A stretch of 64,000 bases of DNA, taken from the NCBI GenBank assembly GCA_017517325.1, contig JAFWZW010000013.1:23497-87496 (forward strand), written 5' to 3'. The position numbers were made by a program, and so were the translations under genes. Positions 9,372 through 19,640 of the stretch are shown here, piece after piece. Every line of letters begins with the position of its first letter. The first letter of the stretch is position 1. Source of the stretch: Clostridia bacterium (GTDB taxonomy: Bacteria; Bacillota; Clostridia; Oscillospirales; SIG627). The notes beneath the pieces are model-generated. The model ran no database searches and had not been told where the DNA came from. It saw only the letters and a program-made list of their open reading frames with translations.

Positions 9372-9473
9372 AGAAAAAAGACTCCTTAGTTTAAAGGTGG
9401 AAAGAAGGGCGATATAGTCGCCCGCTTTCATTATATGCGCCCAAAATCTACGGGGTGCTGCCTTTCGAAAAAA

Positions 9474-9501
9474 TAAAAAAGCGAGCCGTGCTCGCTTTTT
9501 T
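9474..9501 (-). terminator. terminator of the sugar-transferase gene
   Basis: GCGAGC (9481-9486) / GCTCGC (9490-9495), with a flanking A7 and T6. Confidence 0.65.
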
Positions 9502-9502
9502 A

Positions 9503-10903
9503 TTAAGAATCTTTTTTCTTGCGAAGCTCTTCCAGAAGTGCTTCGGTTTTTTTGCGGTTGATTTCCGCCAGTTCCTCGCCCTCGGTGCTTTCCTTGCTGA
9601 ATATGATCTTGATGGTGAGAATGATCAGCTTGATATCAAGCTGAAGGGAGTAATTCTCAATATACATCAGATCCAGGCGAAGCTTATCATAAGGGCTGGT
9701 GTTGTATTTCCCGTAGATCTGTGCATAGCCCGTAAGACCGCCCTTCACTTTCATACGGTAGGCAAATTCAGGCATTTTCTCGCAAAACTCTTCTACGAAT
9801 ACACGCCGCTCGGGGCGGGGGCCTACGATGGACATATCCCCTTTGAGAATGTTGATGAATTGAGGGATCTCATCCAAACGGGTGGCGCGAACGAATTTTC
9901 CAACCTTCGTAATACGGGGATCGTTTTCTCCTGCGGAAAGAACGGCACCGGAAAGCTTTTCCGCATCCTGGATCATGCTTCTGAATTTCAGAATATCAAA
10001 TTCTTTTCCGCCAAGGGTCATTCGGCGCTGTTTGTAGAAAACGTCACCGCCGTCTTCCAGCTTGATGGCAATGGCAACGCCCAGCAAAATGGGGGAAGCC
10101 AGAATGAGGATGATCGCGCTGAATACGATATCCATAAGCCGCTTGATGATCCGCTGGGGGAGGGAGATGCCCGTTTGCTTAATGTGGATCAGGGGCGTAT
10201 CAAATAGGTTGATGTTTTTACCGCCGCGCACCAGAATATCGGAGATCTTCGGTACGATATAGGTGCGGATATCCCTCTGATAGCAGTATTTCAAAAGATC
10301 GTTGCGGAACTGGGCGGGCAGATCGTTGAAGATGACTCCGTCATACCCTTCAAGCTCCTTGCAGACGGCTTCCATTCCTTCGTCCACAGAGATGAGCTTT
10401 TTGATGTTGTATTTGTCTTTTCGTTCGTCCATCTTGATCTTCAGACTGACGGCGTTGTCGCTTCCGTAGACCAAAAGCAAGGAATGGGGGGCGTAGAGCC
10501 TGTGATAGATCTTTTTAAATATGAAGATCAGCCCTACCGCAAGAATGAACTCTCCTGCAAAAAGGTATAGGATCGGCAAAGGGGAGATCATATGATTGGC
10601 AATGAGGCAAAGCTGAAAATAGGTAATGAAATTGACCAAAAACAAACCGATGGTCTGCCCCAAGGTAAGGTCAAGCGCTCTTCTCTGATCAAAAAGAAAT
10701 CCGTCCAAATTGGAGAACATAATGAGGATCAGAAGTGCGTAAACACCGGTTAGTACGTATTTCCCTTTAAAGTAAAAGGCATCTGAATCGTAGCCCTCAC
10801 GCCATACTGCGTAATATAAAACACAAAAAAGCACGATCTCAAGGATCATTTCGATTCCTCTCAAAAGCCCGCGTATTCCGTGCCTTTTTTTTATTTGGTG
10901 CAT
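9503..10903 (-). CDS. polyprenyl-phosphate glycosyl-1-phosphate transferase (WbaP/EpsL-type priming sugar transferase)
   Basis: N-terminal TM helices, a central Rossmann-like part, and a C-terminal bacterial sugar-transferase domain (KRLMDIVFS..LKFRSM..DEIPQFINILKGDMSIVGPRP). Start chosen at MHQIKK (AGGTGA RBS). Confidence 0.85.
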   Translation of the reverse strand: MHQIKKRHGIRGLLRGIEMILEIVLFCVLYYAVWREGYDSDAFYFKGKYVLTGVYALLILIMFSNLDGFLFDQRRALDLTLGQTIGLFLVNFITYFQLCLIANHMISPLPILYLFAGEFILAVGLIFIFKKIYHRLYAPHSLLLVYGSDNAVSLKIKMDERKDKYNIKKLISVDEGMEAVCKELEGYDGVIFNDLPAQFRNDLLKYCYQRDIRTYIVPKISDILVRGGKNINLFDTPLIHIKQTGISLPQRIIKRLMDIVFSAIILILASPILLGVAIAIKLEDGGDVFYKQRRMTLGGKEFDILKFRSMIQDAEKLSGAVLSAGENDPRITKVGKFVRATRLDEIPQFINILKGDMSIVGPRPERRVFVEEFCEKMPEFAYRMKVKGGLTGYAQIYGKYNTSPYDKLRLDLMYIENYSLQLDIKLIILTIKIIFSKESTEGEELAEINRKKTEALLEELRKKKDS

Positions 10904-11006
10904 CGTTTCACCTACTTTTTCGCCGATTTTCAGCGGCGCATTTTTTTGTTGCGGTAAAATATTCCGCAAGGCCAGTATACCATATCCCGATACCTAAAGT
11001 CAACCG

Positions 11007-11040
11007 AAAAAAAGCGATGCCTCCGTTTGGAAAGCATCGC
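11007..11040 (-). terminator. terminator of the GH2 gene
   Basis: GCGATGC (11014-11020) / GCATCGC (11034-11040), with a T7 run on the minus strand. Confidence 0.6.
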
Positions 11041-11046
11041 CGGTTT

Positions 11047-13899
<2,853 letters not shown>

Positions 13900-13971
13900 C
13901 TATAGCATAACGCTTACTTCTTGTCAAGAAACGCCCTTTGCCAAAATGGACGATTTTTTTCTTTCAGATCA

Positions 13972-13999
13972 TTGAAAAACGGAAAAAATGTGGTATAAT
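13972..13999 (+). promoter_or_regulatory. sigma-A-type promoter of the flavodiiron operon
   Basis: TTGAAA (13972-13977), 16-nt spacer, TGn-TATAAT (13991-13999). Confidence 0.55.
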
Positions 14000-14007
14000 C
14001 ATTACAG
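13993..14007 (+). promoter_or_regulatory. PerR/Fur-like 7-1-7 box overlapping the -10
   Basis: GTATAATCATTACAG matches the remembered TTATAATnATTATAA consensus at 12 of 15 positions. The core TAAT-C-ATTA is palindromic. Confidence 0.3.
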
Positions 14008-14034
14008 TATGATTTTGCAGTAAGCGAGGTGTTT

Positions 14035-15192
14035 ATGAAAATTACGAACGATATTTTTTATATTGGGGTCAATGACCGAGCGATTGATCTGTTTGAGGGG
14101 CAATACGTGGTCCCGGAGGGAATGGCGTATAATTCCTACGTGATTCTGGATGAGAAGATCGCCGTTATGGATACGGTGGATGCCGCCTTCGTGGACGAAT
14201 GGATGGAAAATCTGCGTCAGGCTCTGGGCGGGAAGACCCCCGATTATCTGGTGGTGCATCATATGGAGCCGGATCATTCCTCCGGTATAACCCGCTTTGC
14301 AGAGGCGTTCCCCGAAGCGGTGATCGTGGCAACCCGTCAGGCCTTTGTGATGATGCAAAATTTCTTCGGTGTGGATTTTTCCTCCCGCCGCCTCGTGGCT
14401 GAGGAGGGAACACGCCTTCCCTTGGGGGCTCATACTCTGCAGTTTTTATTGGCGCCGATGGTCCACTGGCCCGAGGTGATGGTTACCTTTGAAGAAACGG
14501 AAAAGATCCTCTTTTCCGCCGACGCCTTCGGCAAATTCGGTGCTCTGGATGCAGAGGAAGACTGGGCTTGCGAAGCGCGCCGTTACTATATCGGCATCGT
14601 GGGAAAATATGGCTCTCCGGTGCAGAAGCTTTTAAAAAAGGTTTCCGCCCTTGACGTCTCCGCCATTTGCCCCTTGCACGGCCCCGTTCTCCGTGAGAAT
14701 TTGGGCTATTATATCGGGCTTTACGATACCTGGTCCTCCTATCGCCCGGAGGAGGAAGGGGTTATGATCGCCTATACCTCCGTTTACGGAAATACCAAAA
14801 AGGCGGTGCTCCTTTTGGAAGAGGAACTGCATGCCCTGGGCTGCCCCAAGGTAGTGGTGAACGATCTTGCCCGTTGCGATATGGCAGAAGCGGTGGAGGA
14901 TGCCTTCCGCTATTCCAAACTGGTCCTTGCTACCACCACTTATAACGGCGATATTTTCCCCTTTATGCGAGTCTTTTTGGATCACCTGAAGGAAAGAAAC
15001 TTCCAACAGCGCACCGTGGCTCTTGTAGAAAACGGCTCCTGGGCTCCTACGGCCGCCCGCGTGATGAAGGGAATGCTGGAAAAATCCGAAAACCTGACCT
15101 TTGCCGAAACGCAGGTGAAGATCGTCTCTGCCTTGACGGATGAGAACCGCGCCGCCCTTGCCGCTCTGGCAAAAGAGCTTTGTGAGAAATAA
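14035..15192 (+). CDS. FprA-family A-type flavoprotein (flavodiiron O2/NO reductase)
   Basis: Metallo-beta-lactamase-like HHMEPDHSSG motif plus a C-terminal flavodoxin-like domain (IAYTSVYGNTKK). GAGGTG RBS before ATG 14035. Confidence 0.85.
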   Translation: MKITNDIFYIGVNDRAIDLFEGQYVVPEGMAYNSYVILDEKIAVMDTVDAAFVDEWMENLRQALGGKTPDYLVVHHMEPDHSSGITRFAEAFPEAVIVATRQAFVMMQNFFGVDFSSRRLVAEEGTRLPLGAHTLQFLLAPMVHWPEVMVTFEETEKILFSADAFGKFGALDAEEDWACEARRYYIGIVGKYGSPVQKLLKKVSALDVSAICPLHGPVLRENLGYYIGLYDTWSSYRPEEEGVMIAYTSVYGNTKKAVLLLEEELHALGCPKVVVNDLARCDMAEAVEDAFRYSKLVLATTTYNGDIFPFMRVFLDHLKERNFQQRTVALVENGSWAPTAARVMKGMLEKSENLTFAETQVKIVSALTDENRAALAALAKELCEK

Positions 15193-15218
15193 AATTTATA
15201 CGTAAGGAGAAAACAAAT

Positions 15219-15428
15219 ATGAAAGAAAACTATATGGTATGTAACTGCAAGCAGGTAAGCTACGCCGCTATTGCGGATGCACTTCACCGAAACAAGAATT
15301 TTTCCGACGTGCTGGAAGCCTTTGAGGACGTAAAGGCCGTTACCCATTGCTCCACCGGTTGCGGCGGTTGCCACGATAAGGTGCTGGATATCATTTCCGA
15401 TATTCTGATGGGGCACGATCAAGCTTAA
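15219..15428 (+). CDS. BFD-like [2Fe-2S]-binding domain protein
   Basis: The four Cys of the BFD-like fold are visible: VCNC..(30 aa)..CSTGCGGC. Confidence 0.7.
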   Translation: MKENYMVCNCKQVSYAAIADALHRNKNFSDVLEAFEDVKAVTHCSTGCGGCHDKVLDIISDILMGHDQA

Positions 15429-15437
15429 AACGGAAAA

Positions 15438-16190
15438 ATGAAACTGGTCGTTTTAACTGCTCTTGGCGTCGGCGGAGCAACGGTCTTCGGTGCCCTGATC
15501 GGCTTTCTCTTTAAAAAACATACTCATCGCTTTTCGGATATCGTTCTTTCCTTTGCGGCAGGGGTAATGCTTGCGGCTGCTGTTTTAGGGCTGATTATTC
15601 CTTCCCTTGAATACGGCGGAAAATGGGGCGTATGGGTCACCGTGATCGGGATCTTAACGGGCGCTTTGGCTTTGAGCTTTATGGATCGGGTGGTTCCGCA
15701 CCTTCACCGTCTTGCAGGGGAAGAGCTGGAAGCCCACCACAATCCGAAATTGGGAAAGGTATTGCTTTTCGTTACCGCCATTGCCATCCATAACCTGCCC
15801 GAGGGCATTGCCGCAGGTGTCAGCTTCGGATCGGGTGATGCTTCTCAGGCAATGCTGATTGCCGGTGGTATCGCCTTGCAGAATATTCCCGAGGGTATGG
15901 TCATCATCGGCCCTATGCTGGCGGCAGGCGTTCCGTCGCGGCGCACGTTCGTCTTGGCAGCTCTAACCGGTGTCGTGGAGGTGGCGGGTACCTTCTTGGG
16001 GTATTTTTCAGTCTCCCTTGCTTCTGCCATCCTCCCCTTTGCGTTGGCCTTTGCAGGGGGCACGATGCTTTACGTGATCAGCGATGAAATGATCCCCGAG
16101 ACCCACGCTCACGGAAGTCAGCGGGGCGCTACCTGGGCGCTTCTTGTCGGTTTTTGCCTGATGCTGATTTCAGACGTGCTTTTGGGATAA
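15438..16190 (+). CDS. ZIP-family metal cation transporter
   Basis: Multi-TM protein with IAIHNLPEGIAAG and LQNIPEGM motifs (ZupT/GufA-like). Confidence 0.85.
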   Translation: MKLVVLTALGVGGATVFGALIGFLFKKHTHRFSDIVLSFAAGVMLAAAVLGLIIPSLEYGGKWGVWVTVIGILTGALALSFMDRVVPHLHRLAGEELEAHHNPKLGKVLLFVTAIAIHNLPEGIAAGVSFGSGDASQAMLIAGGIALQNIPEGMVIIGPMLAAGVPSRRTFVLAALTGVVEVAGTFLGYFSVSLASAILPFALAFAGGTMLYVISDEMIPETHAHGSQRGATWALLVGFCLMLISDVLLG

Positions 16191-16203
16191 AAGCTTTAAC
16201 TGA

Positions 16204-16238
16204 CCTCCTTCTCAAAGCGGGAAGGAGGCTGTTTTTTA
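16204..16238 (+). terminator. rho-independent terminator after the ZIP gene
   Basis: CCTCCTTC (16204-16211) / GAAGGAGG (16221-16228), followed by a T6 run. Confidence 0.7.
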
Positions 16239-16278
16239 TGATGACCGTTTGCCAACGCGTTCCTTTTTTAGGGGCGCC

Positions 16279-16307
16279 TTGACAAGCCCGTGCCTTGGAA
16301 GTATACT
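16279..16307 (+). promoter_or_regulatory. sigma-A-type promoter of the RyR module
   Basis: TTGACA (16279-16284), 17-nt spacer, TATACT (16302-16307). Confidence 0.55.
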
Positions 16308-16371
16308 TTTTTATAAATAACGGAAGGAAGATCGGCGCGTTTTCCTTTTTTAATGATCGGAGAATCGAATT

Positions 16372-19335
16372 ATGACGAACGTTGAGAAGATCTGGCTCTG
16401 CTTTTCCATTTGTTTTCCTATCTTTTTGTTTTTTTGCTATCTTCTTATTCTTGTTTACCGCAGGCATGTTGGCCGTAAGAATCCCGAAAAATTAAATCGC
16501 AACGTTCTTCCCAAAATATTTGTGTTTTCCTTTCTTCTGTTTTCCGGCATTTTCGGAGTGAGGCTTTCCCTTGCTTACGTTCTTGCAAAAGGGAAGAGCT
16601 CCGTTGTGATCGCGCTTATCGACAGTTTCTTTTATACTCTTCGCGCTTTTTCCGTTGAAGAGGGTTACCCTGATTTGATCGGTGGCATCGGCAAACTTGC
16701 CGAAGCTCTCGTTTCTGCTCGCAGTACCTGCTTTTCGGAATTGAAATTTGCGCTGACGGGCTATATTACGGTATTGGAACTGCTTGCACCCGTTGTGGGC
16801 GCTGCTTTGATTTTGGAAGTGCTGGCAAAGGTATTCCCTAAGTTTCGTCTTTTTTTTGTGTGCCGTTTCCCCTTTGGAAGAACCCGATATTATTTCAGCA
16901 AGCTGAATGCCGCCTCTCTGGCTCTTGCTAAAAGTATTGCCAAAGAAAAGAGCGCCGAGGATCAAGATGGGAACAAGAAAAAGTGGTACGAAAGAAAGCC
17001 GGTCATCATTTTTACCGATACCTACATTGACGATGAAAAGGAAAAGGATTACGAGCTTCTTTTGGAGGCAAAGCATTGCGGCGCCATCTGCGTTCGCGAC
17101 GATCTGTTCCACGTAAGAAAGCCATACTTCGGCAAGCGTGAATATTACCTGATGGACTTGGATGAATTTGGCAATCTTCAAGCCCTTATGAATCTGGTGG
17201 AAAAATCCTGCCTTCCTTACGTTTTAGGCTCTCCCATTCACCTTTTCGTTCAGAGCGACGCCTACATTAGCGTTGAGGATAAGGCAAAGAAAAAGCTGGA
17301 GGTCAATGCGAAAGAACTGAAGGGCATAAACAAACTCATGTGGAAAAGAAAGGGCGTGCCCGTGGTGATCCCGGTGCGCGGTTACCGCAATCTGATAAGC
17401 AATCTTTTCCGTGAGGTTCCCCTTTACGAGCCCCTTATCGGCAGAAGCGGAAAAGCCGATTCTCTGAACGTTACCATCTTAGGAAACGGCATGATCGGAA
17501 CGGAAGCCTTTCTTCATACCTATTGGATGGGGCAACTTTTGACCCCCGATGAAAAGGGAAGCTTGAAGGACGTAGAGCTTACGATCAACGTAATTTCCAA
17601 GGATGATCCGGAATCCTTCTGGTCCAAGCTTGACTATATCAACCCCGAGATCCAAAGATCTGCGAAGGTATACAAGAAGCAAAAAGCGGAAGACGGTAAA
17701 GAAACCGTGCGTTTGATCCTTCCTGAAAAATCCATCGTTCGGTGTTACGAGGAGGGCGAGGGGGAAGCAGAAAACAGGCCCTATTGCACCATCCGTTATA
17801 TTCAGGCTGACGTGAAAAACGGCGGCTTTTGGGACGGGAAGCAAGAAGAGGATTATAGCCTTTTAGGGGCGGATTATTACATCGTTGCCTTAGGTAGCGA
17901 TGCGGATAATATTTCCGTGGCGGAAAAGCTGCGCTGTCTTGTGGGAAAGGCACATCTGGAGCGAAAAACATTTGAAGACGACACCGCGGATCATACGGTT
18001 ATTGCGTACGCCGTTTTTGATTCTAAGATCGCAGAGGCGCTCAATCAGCAACAGCTTTATTCGTGCTATGACATAGAAAAAAAGGATATCTACACCTATG
18101 CTTTCGGCAGTCTTGACAGCGTTTACAGCTTTGATAACGTTAATATGACCCAAAGCCGTTTGTTGGCAGAGGAAACTGGGGTGCGGTATCAAAAGGTGCA
18201 AGGTGATTCTTACCTTGCCGCCCATAAAAAGCGCTCCGACGGTGATGACGAGAACTATAAATATTGGTCCAATATGGCAAAAGTTCTGTTCATAAAATAC
18301 AAGATCTTTTCCTTGGGGTGGATCAAAAAATCGGTTTTTGACGGAGAAGAGGTTCACAAGAAAGAAACCGAAGCGCAATTTTTGCGCTATAAAAGAATGG
18401 CGCTGGCCGATGGAACGAATTCAGCTTCGGTAACGTTTGACGGAGAAAATGAAATTCCTTGTTTTGCCGAGCAAAAAGAGCTCCTTGCGTGGCTGGAGCA
18501 TCGCCGCTGGTGCGCCTATACCCGCGCCGAGGGTTACCGATACACGGCGGAAGTGATCAAGAATCTGGATCTGAAAGGGAAGAGTCATAAAAACATGTCC
18601 CTGAAGCTTCACCCCTGTCTGGTAGAAGCTGAACGGCCGGTGGGGAAGACCTACCGCCATCCAAAGGTTATATCTGTGTTTGAAAGCAAAAAAACAAATG
18701 AAGATGTAAAAAAAGAACTGGATGCCTTGGAGGACGAGCCTCTGGATCGGCTGGATCGCCTTTCCTGCCTGATGTGTCGGGAAAAGCTGACCCGTCATAT
18801 CAAAGCGGGTGATTTCAAAGAATATGACCGCCCTGCCTTTGATTTTGACGGATACAAACTTCAGGATCAAATGAAACAGGAACTTAAAGATCGCGGCGTT
18901 GTTTTACCTAAGGTACTGACAGACCCTGAAAAGTGTAAGGATCTTTTCGTTCAGGTTAAAATGGAAAATGGCGAAACGAAATTGGATCGCTTTATTCCTG
19001 TTTCCAAGGTAAAGGAATGCTTGCAAAGAAAGTATCATAAAATAGAAAAGAATGACGTTACGGGCTTTTTGTTAGAACTCTATAGTAAAAAGAACGAGGA
19101 CAAAAAGAACGAGGACAAAAAGAACGAGGACAAAAAGAACGAGGACAAAAAGAACGAGGACAAAAAGAACGAGGACAAAAAAGTATTTATCTTTGAAGAA
19201 AGCTTGTTTATGACCCGCTTTGCTTTTTGTAAGGCTATTTTGCGCTATCGGAAAGAATATTTTCAGGCGCTAAAGGAAAAAAAGCAAGCAGAAAAGCGAA
19301 AGGAGCAAGAAGATGTATCAACCGAAACCCATTGA
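16372..19335 (+). CDS. multi-TM protein with degenerate and canonical Rossmann (TrkA-N-like) domains and a divergent RyR-like segment; function unknown
   Basis: Four hydrophobic segments in the first ~165 aa. GxGxxG LGNGMIG (17467-17510) plus YYIVALGSDADNISVAEKLR. LLAWLEHRRWCAYTRAEGYRY..KLHPCLVE (18481-18630) resembles the RyR-domain core. Charged C-terminus with KNEDK x6. Confidence 0.75.
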   Translation: MTNVEKIWLCFSICFPIFLFFCYLLILVYRRHVGRKNPEKLNRNVLPKIFVFSFLLFSGIFGVRLSLAYVLAKGKSSVVIALIDSFFYTLRAFSVEEGYPDLIGGIGKLAEALVSARSTCFSELKFALTGYITVLELLAPVVGAALILEVLAKVFPKFRLFFVCRFPFGRTRYYFSKLNAASLALAKSIAKEKSAEDQDGNKKKWYERKPVIIFTDTYIDDEKEKDYELLLEAKHCGAICVRDDLFHVRKPYFGKREYYLMDLDEFGNLQALMNLVEKSCLPYVLGSPIHLFVQSDAYISVEDKAKKKLEVNAKELKGINKLMWKRKGVPVVIPVRGYRNLISNLFREVPLYEPLIGRSGKADSLNVTILGNGMIGTEAFLHTYWMGQLLTPDEKGSLKDVELTINVISKDDPESFWSKLDYINPEIQRSAKVYKKQKAEDGKETVRLILPEKSIVRCYEEGEGEAENRPYCTIRYIQADVKNGGFWDGKQEEDYSLLGADYYIVALGSDADNISVAEKLRCLVGKAHLERKTFEDDTADHTVIAYAVFDSKIAEALNQQQLYSCYDIEKKDIYTYAFGSLDSVYSFDNVNMTQSRLLAEETGVRYQKVQGDSYLAAHKKRSDGDDENYKYWSNMAKVLFIKYKIFSLGWIKKSVFDGEEVHKKETEAQFLRYKRMALADGTNSASVTFDGENEIPCFAEQKELLAWLEHRRWCAYTRAEGYRYTAEVIKNLDLKGKSHKNMSLKLHPCLVEAERPVGKTYRHPKVISVFESKKTNEDVKKELDALEDEPLDRLDRLSCLMCREKLTRHIKAGDFKEYDRPAFDFDGYKLQDQMKQELKDRGVVLPKVLTDPEKCKDLFVQVKMENGETKLDRFIPVSKVKECLQRKYHKIEKNDVTGFLLELYSKKNEDKKNEDKKNEDKKNEDKKNEDKKNEDKKVFIFEESLFMTRFAFCKAILRYRKEYFQALKEKKQAEKRKEQEDVSTETH
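19087..19182 (+). repeat. perfect 15-bp tandem repeat x6 (+ partial), in frame (KNEDK)n
   Basis: AAAAAGAACGAGGAC repeated six times without a mismatch (19087-19176), then AAAAAAG. Confidence 0.97.
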
Positions 19336-19594
19336 CACCGATGACGTGGTCCTGCCGGAATCCCTTTTGGCTTTGACGGAAAGGATCGCTGAAAACGTTC
19401 ACGAAACCTGGGCTATGGGGCGTATGAAGGAAGGCTGGACCTACGGAGAAGAGCGGAACGACGCCGCCAAAACTACTCCGTGTATGGTGCCGTACAGCCT
19501 TCTTCCCGAAGAAGAGAAGGAATACGACCGCGTTACCGCTATGGAAACGCTGAAGCTCATTGTGAAATTGGGGTATAAGATCGAAAAACTATAA
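19313..19594 (+). CDS. stand-alone RyR (ryanodine-receptor repeat) domain protein
   Basis: IAENVHETWAMGRMKEGWTYGEERNDAAKTTPCMVPYSLLPEEEKEYDRVTAMETLKLIVKLGY matches the remembered RyR-domain consensus. GGAG RBS 7 nt upstream. The start lies 23 nt inside the preceding ORF. Confidence 0.8.
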   Translation: MYQPKPIDTDDVVLPESLLALTERIAENVHETWAMGRMKEGWTYGEERNDAAKTTPCMVPYSLLPEEEKEYDRVTAMETLKLIVKLGYKIEKL

Positions 19595-19600
19595 GACTAT

Positions 19601-19640
19601 AAAGCAAAAAAGACGATGCATCCATCGTCTTTTTTGCTTT
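19601..19640. terminator. long bidirectional terminator between the RyR module and the MFS gene
   Basis: AAAGCAAAAAAGACGATG / CATCGTCTTTTTTGCTTT, an 18-bp perfect stem. Confidence 0.8.

Noticed and set aside
16129-16467. 112-aa minus-strand ORF bridging the ZIP gene end and the start of the 987-aa gene
   Set aside because: It runs through a terminator hairpin and a promoter, is Lys/Arg-rich, lacks an RBS, and overlaps two supported plus-strand genes.
19087-19182. Short perfect direct repeats considered as a CRISPR array or intergenic minisatellite
   Set aside because: The units are contiguous with no spacers, only 15 bp long, and in frame inside a long ORF. I called it a coding tandem repeat instead.
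19601-19640. Possible dispersed repeat element, because the terminators at 19601-19640 and 58999-59042 both read AAAGCAAAAA(A)GA...TC(T)TTTTTGCTTT
   Set aside because: Only the A/T-run-rich outer arms are alike, and the inner stems differ (GACGATG versus AAGCCAACC). With two copies this is compatible with chance convergence of terminator structure. A genome-wide count would be needed.
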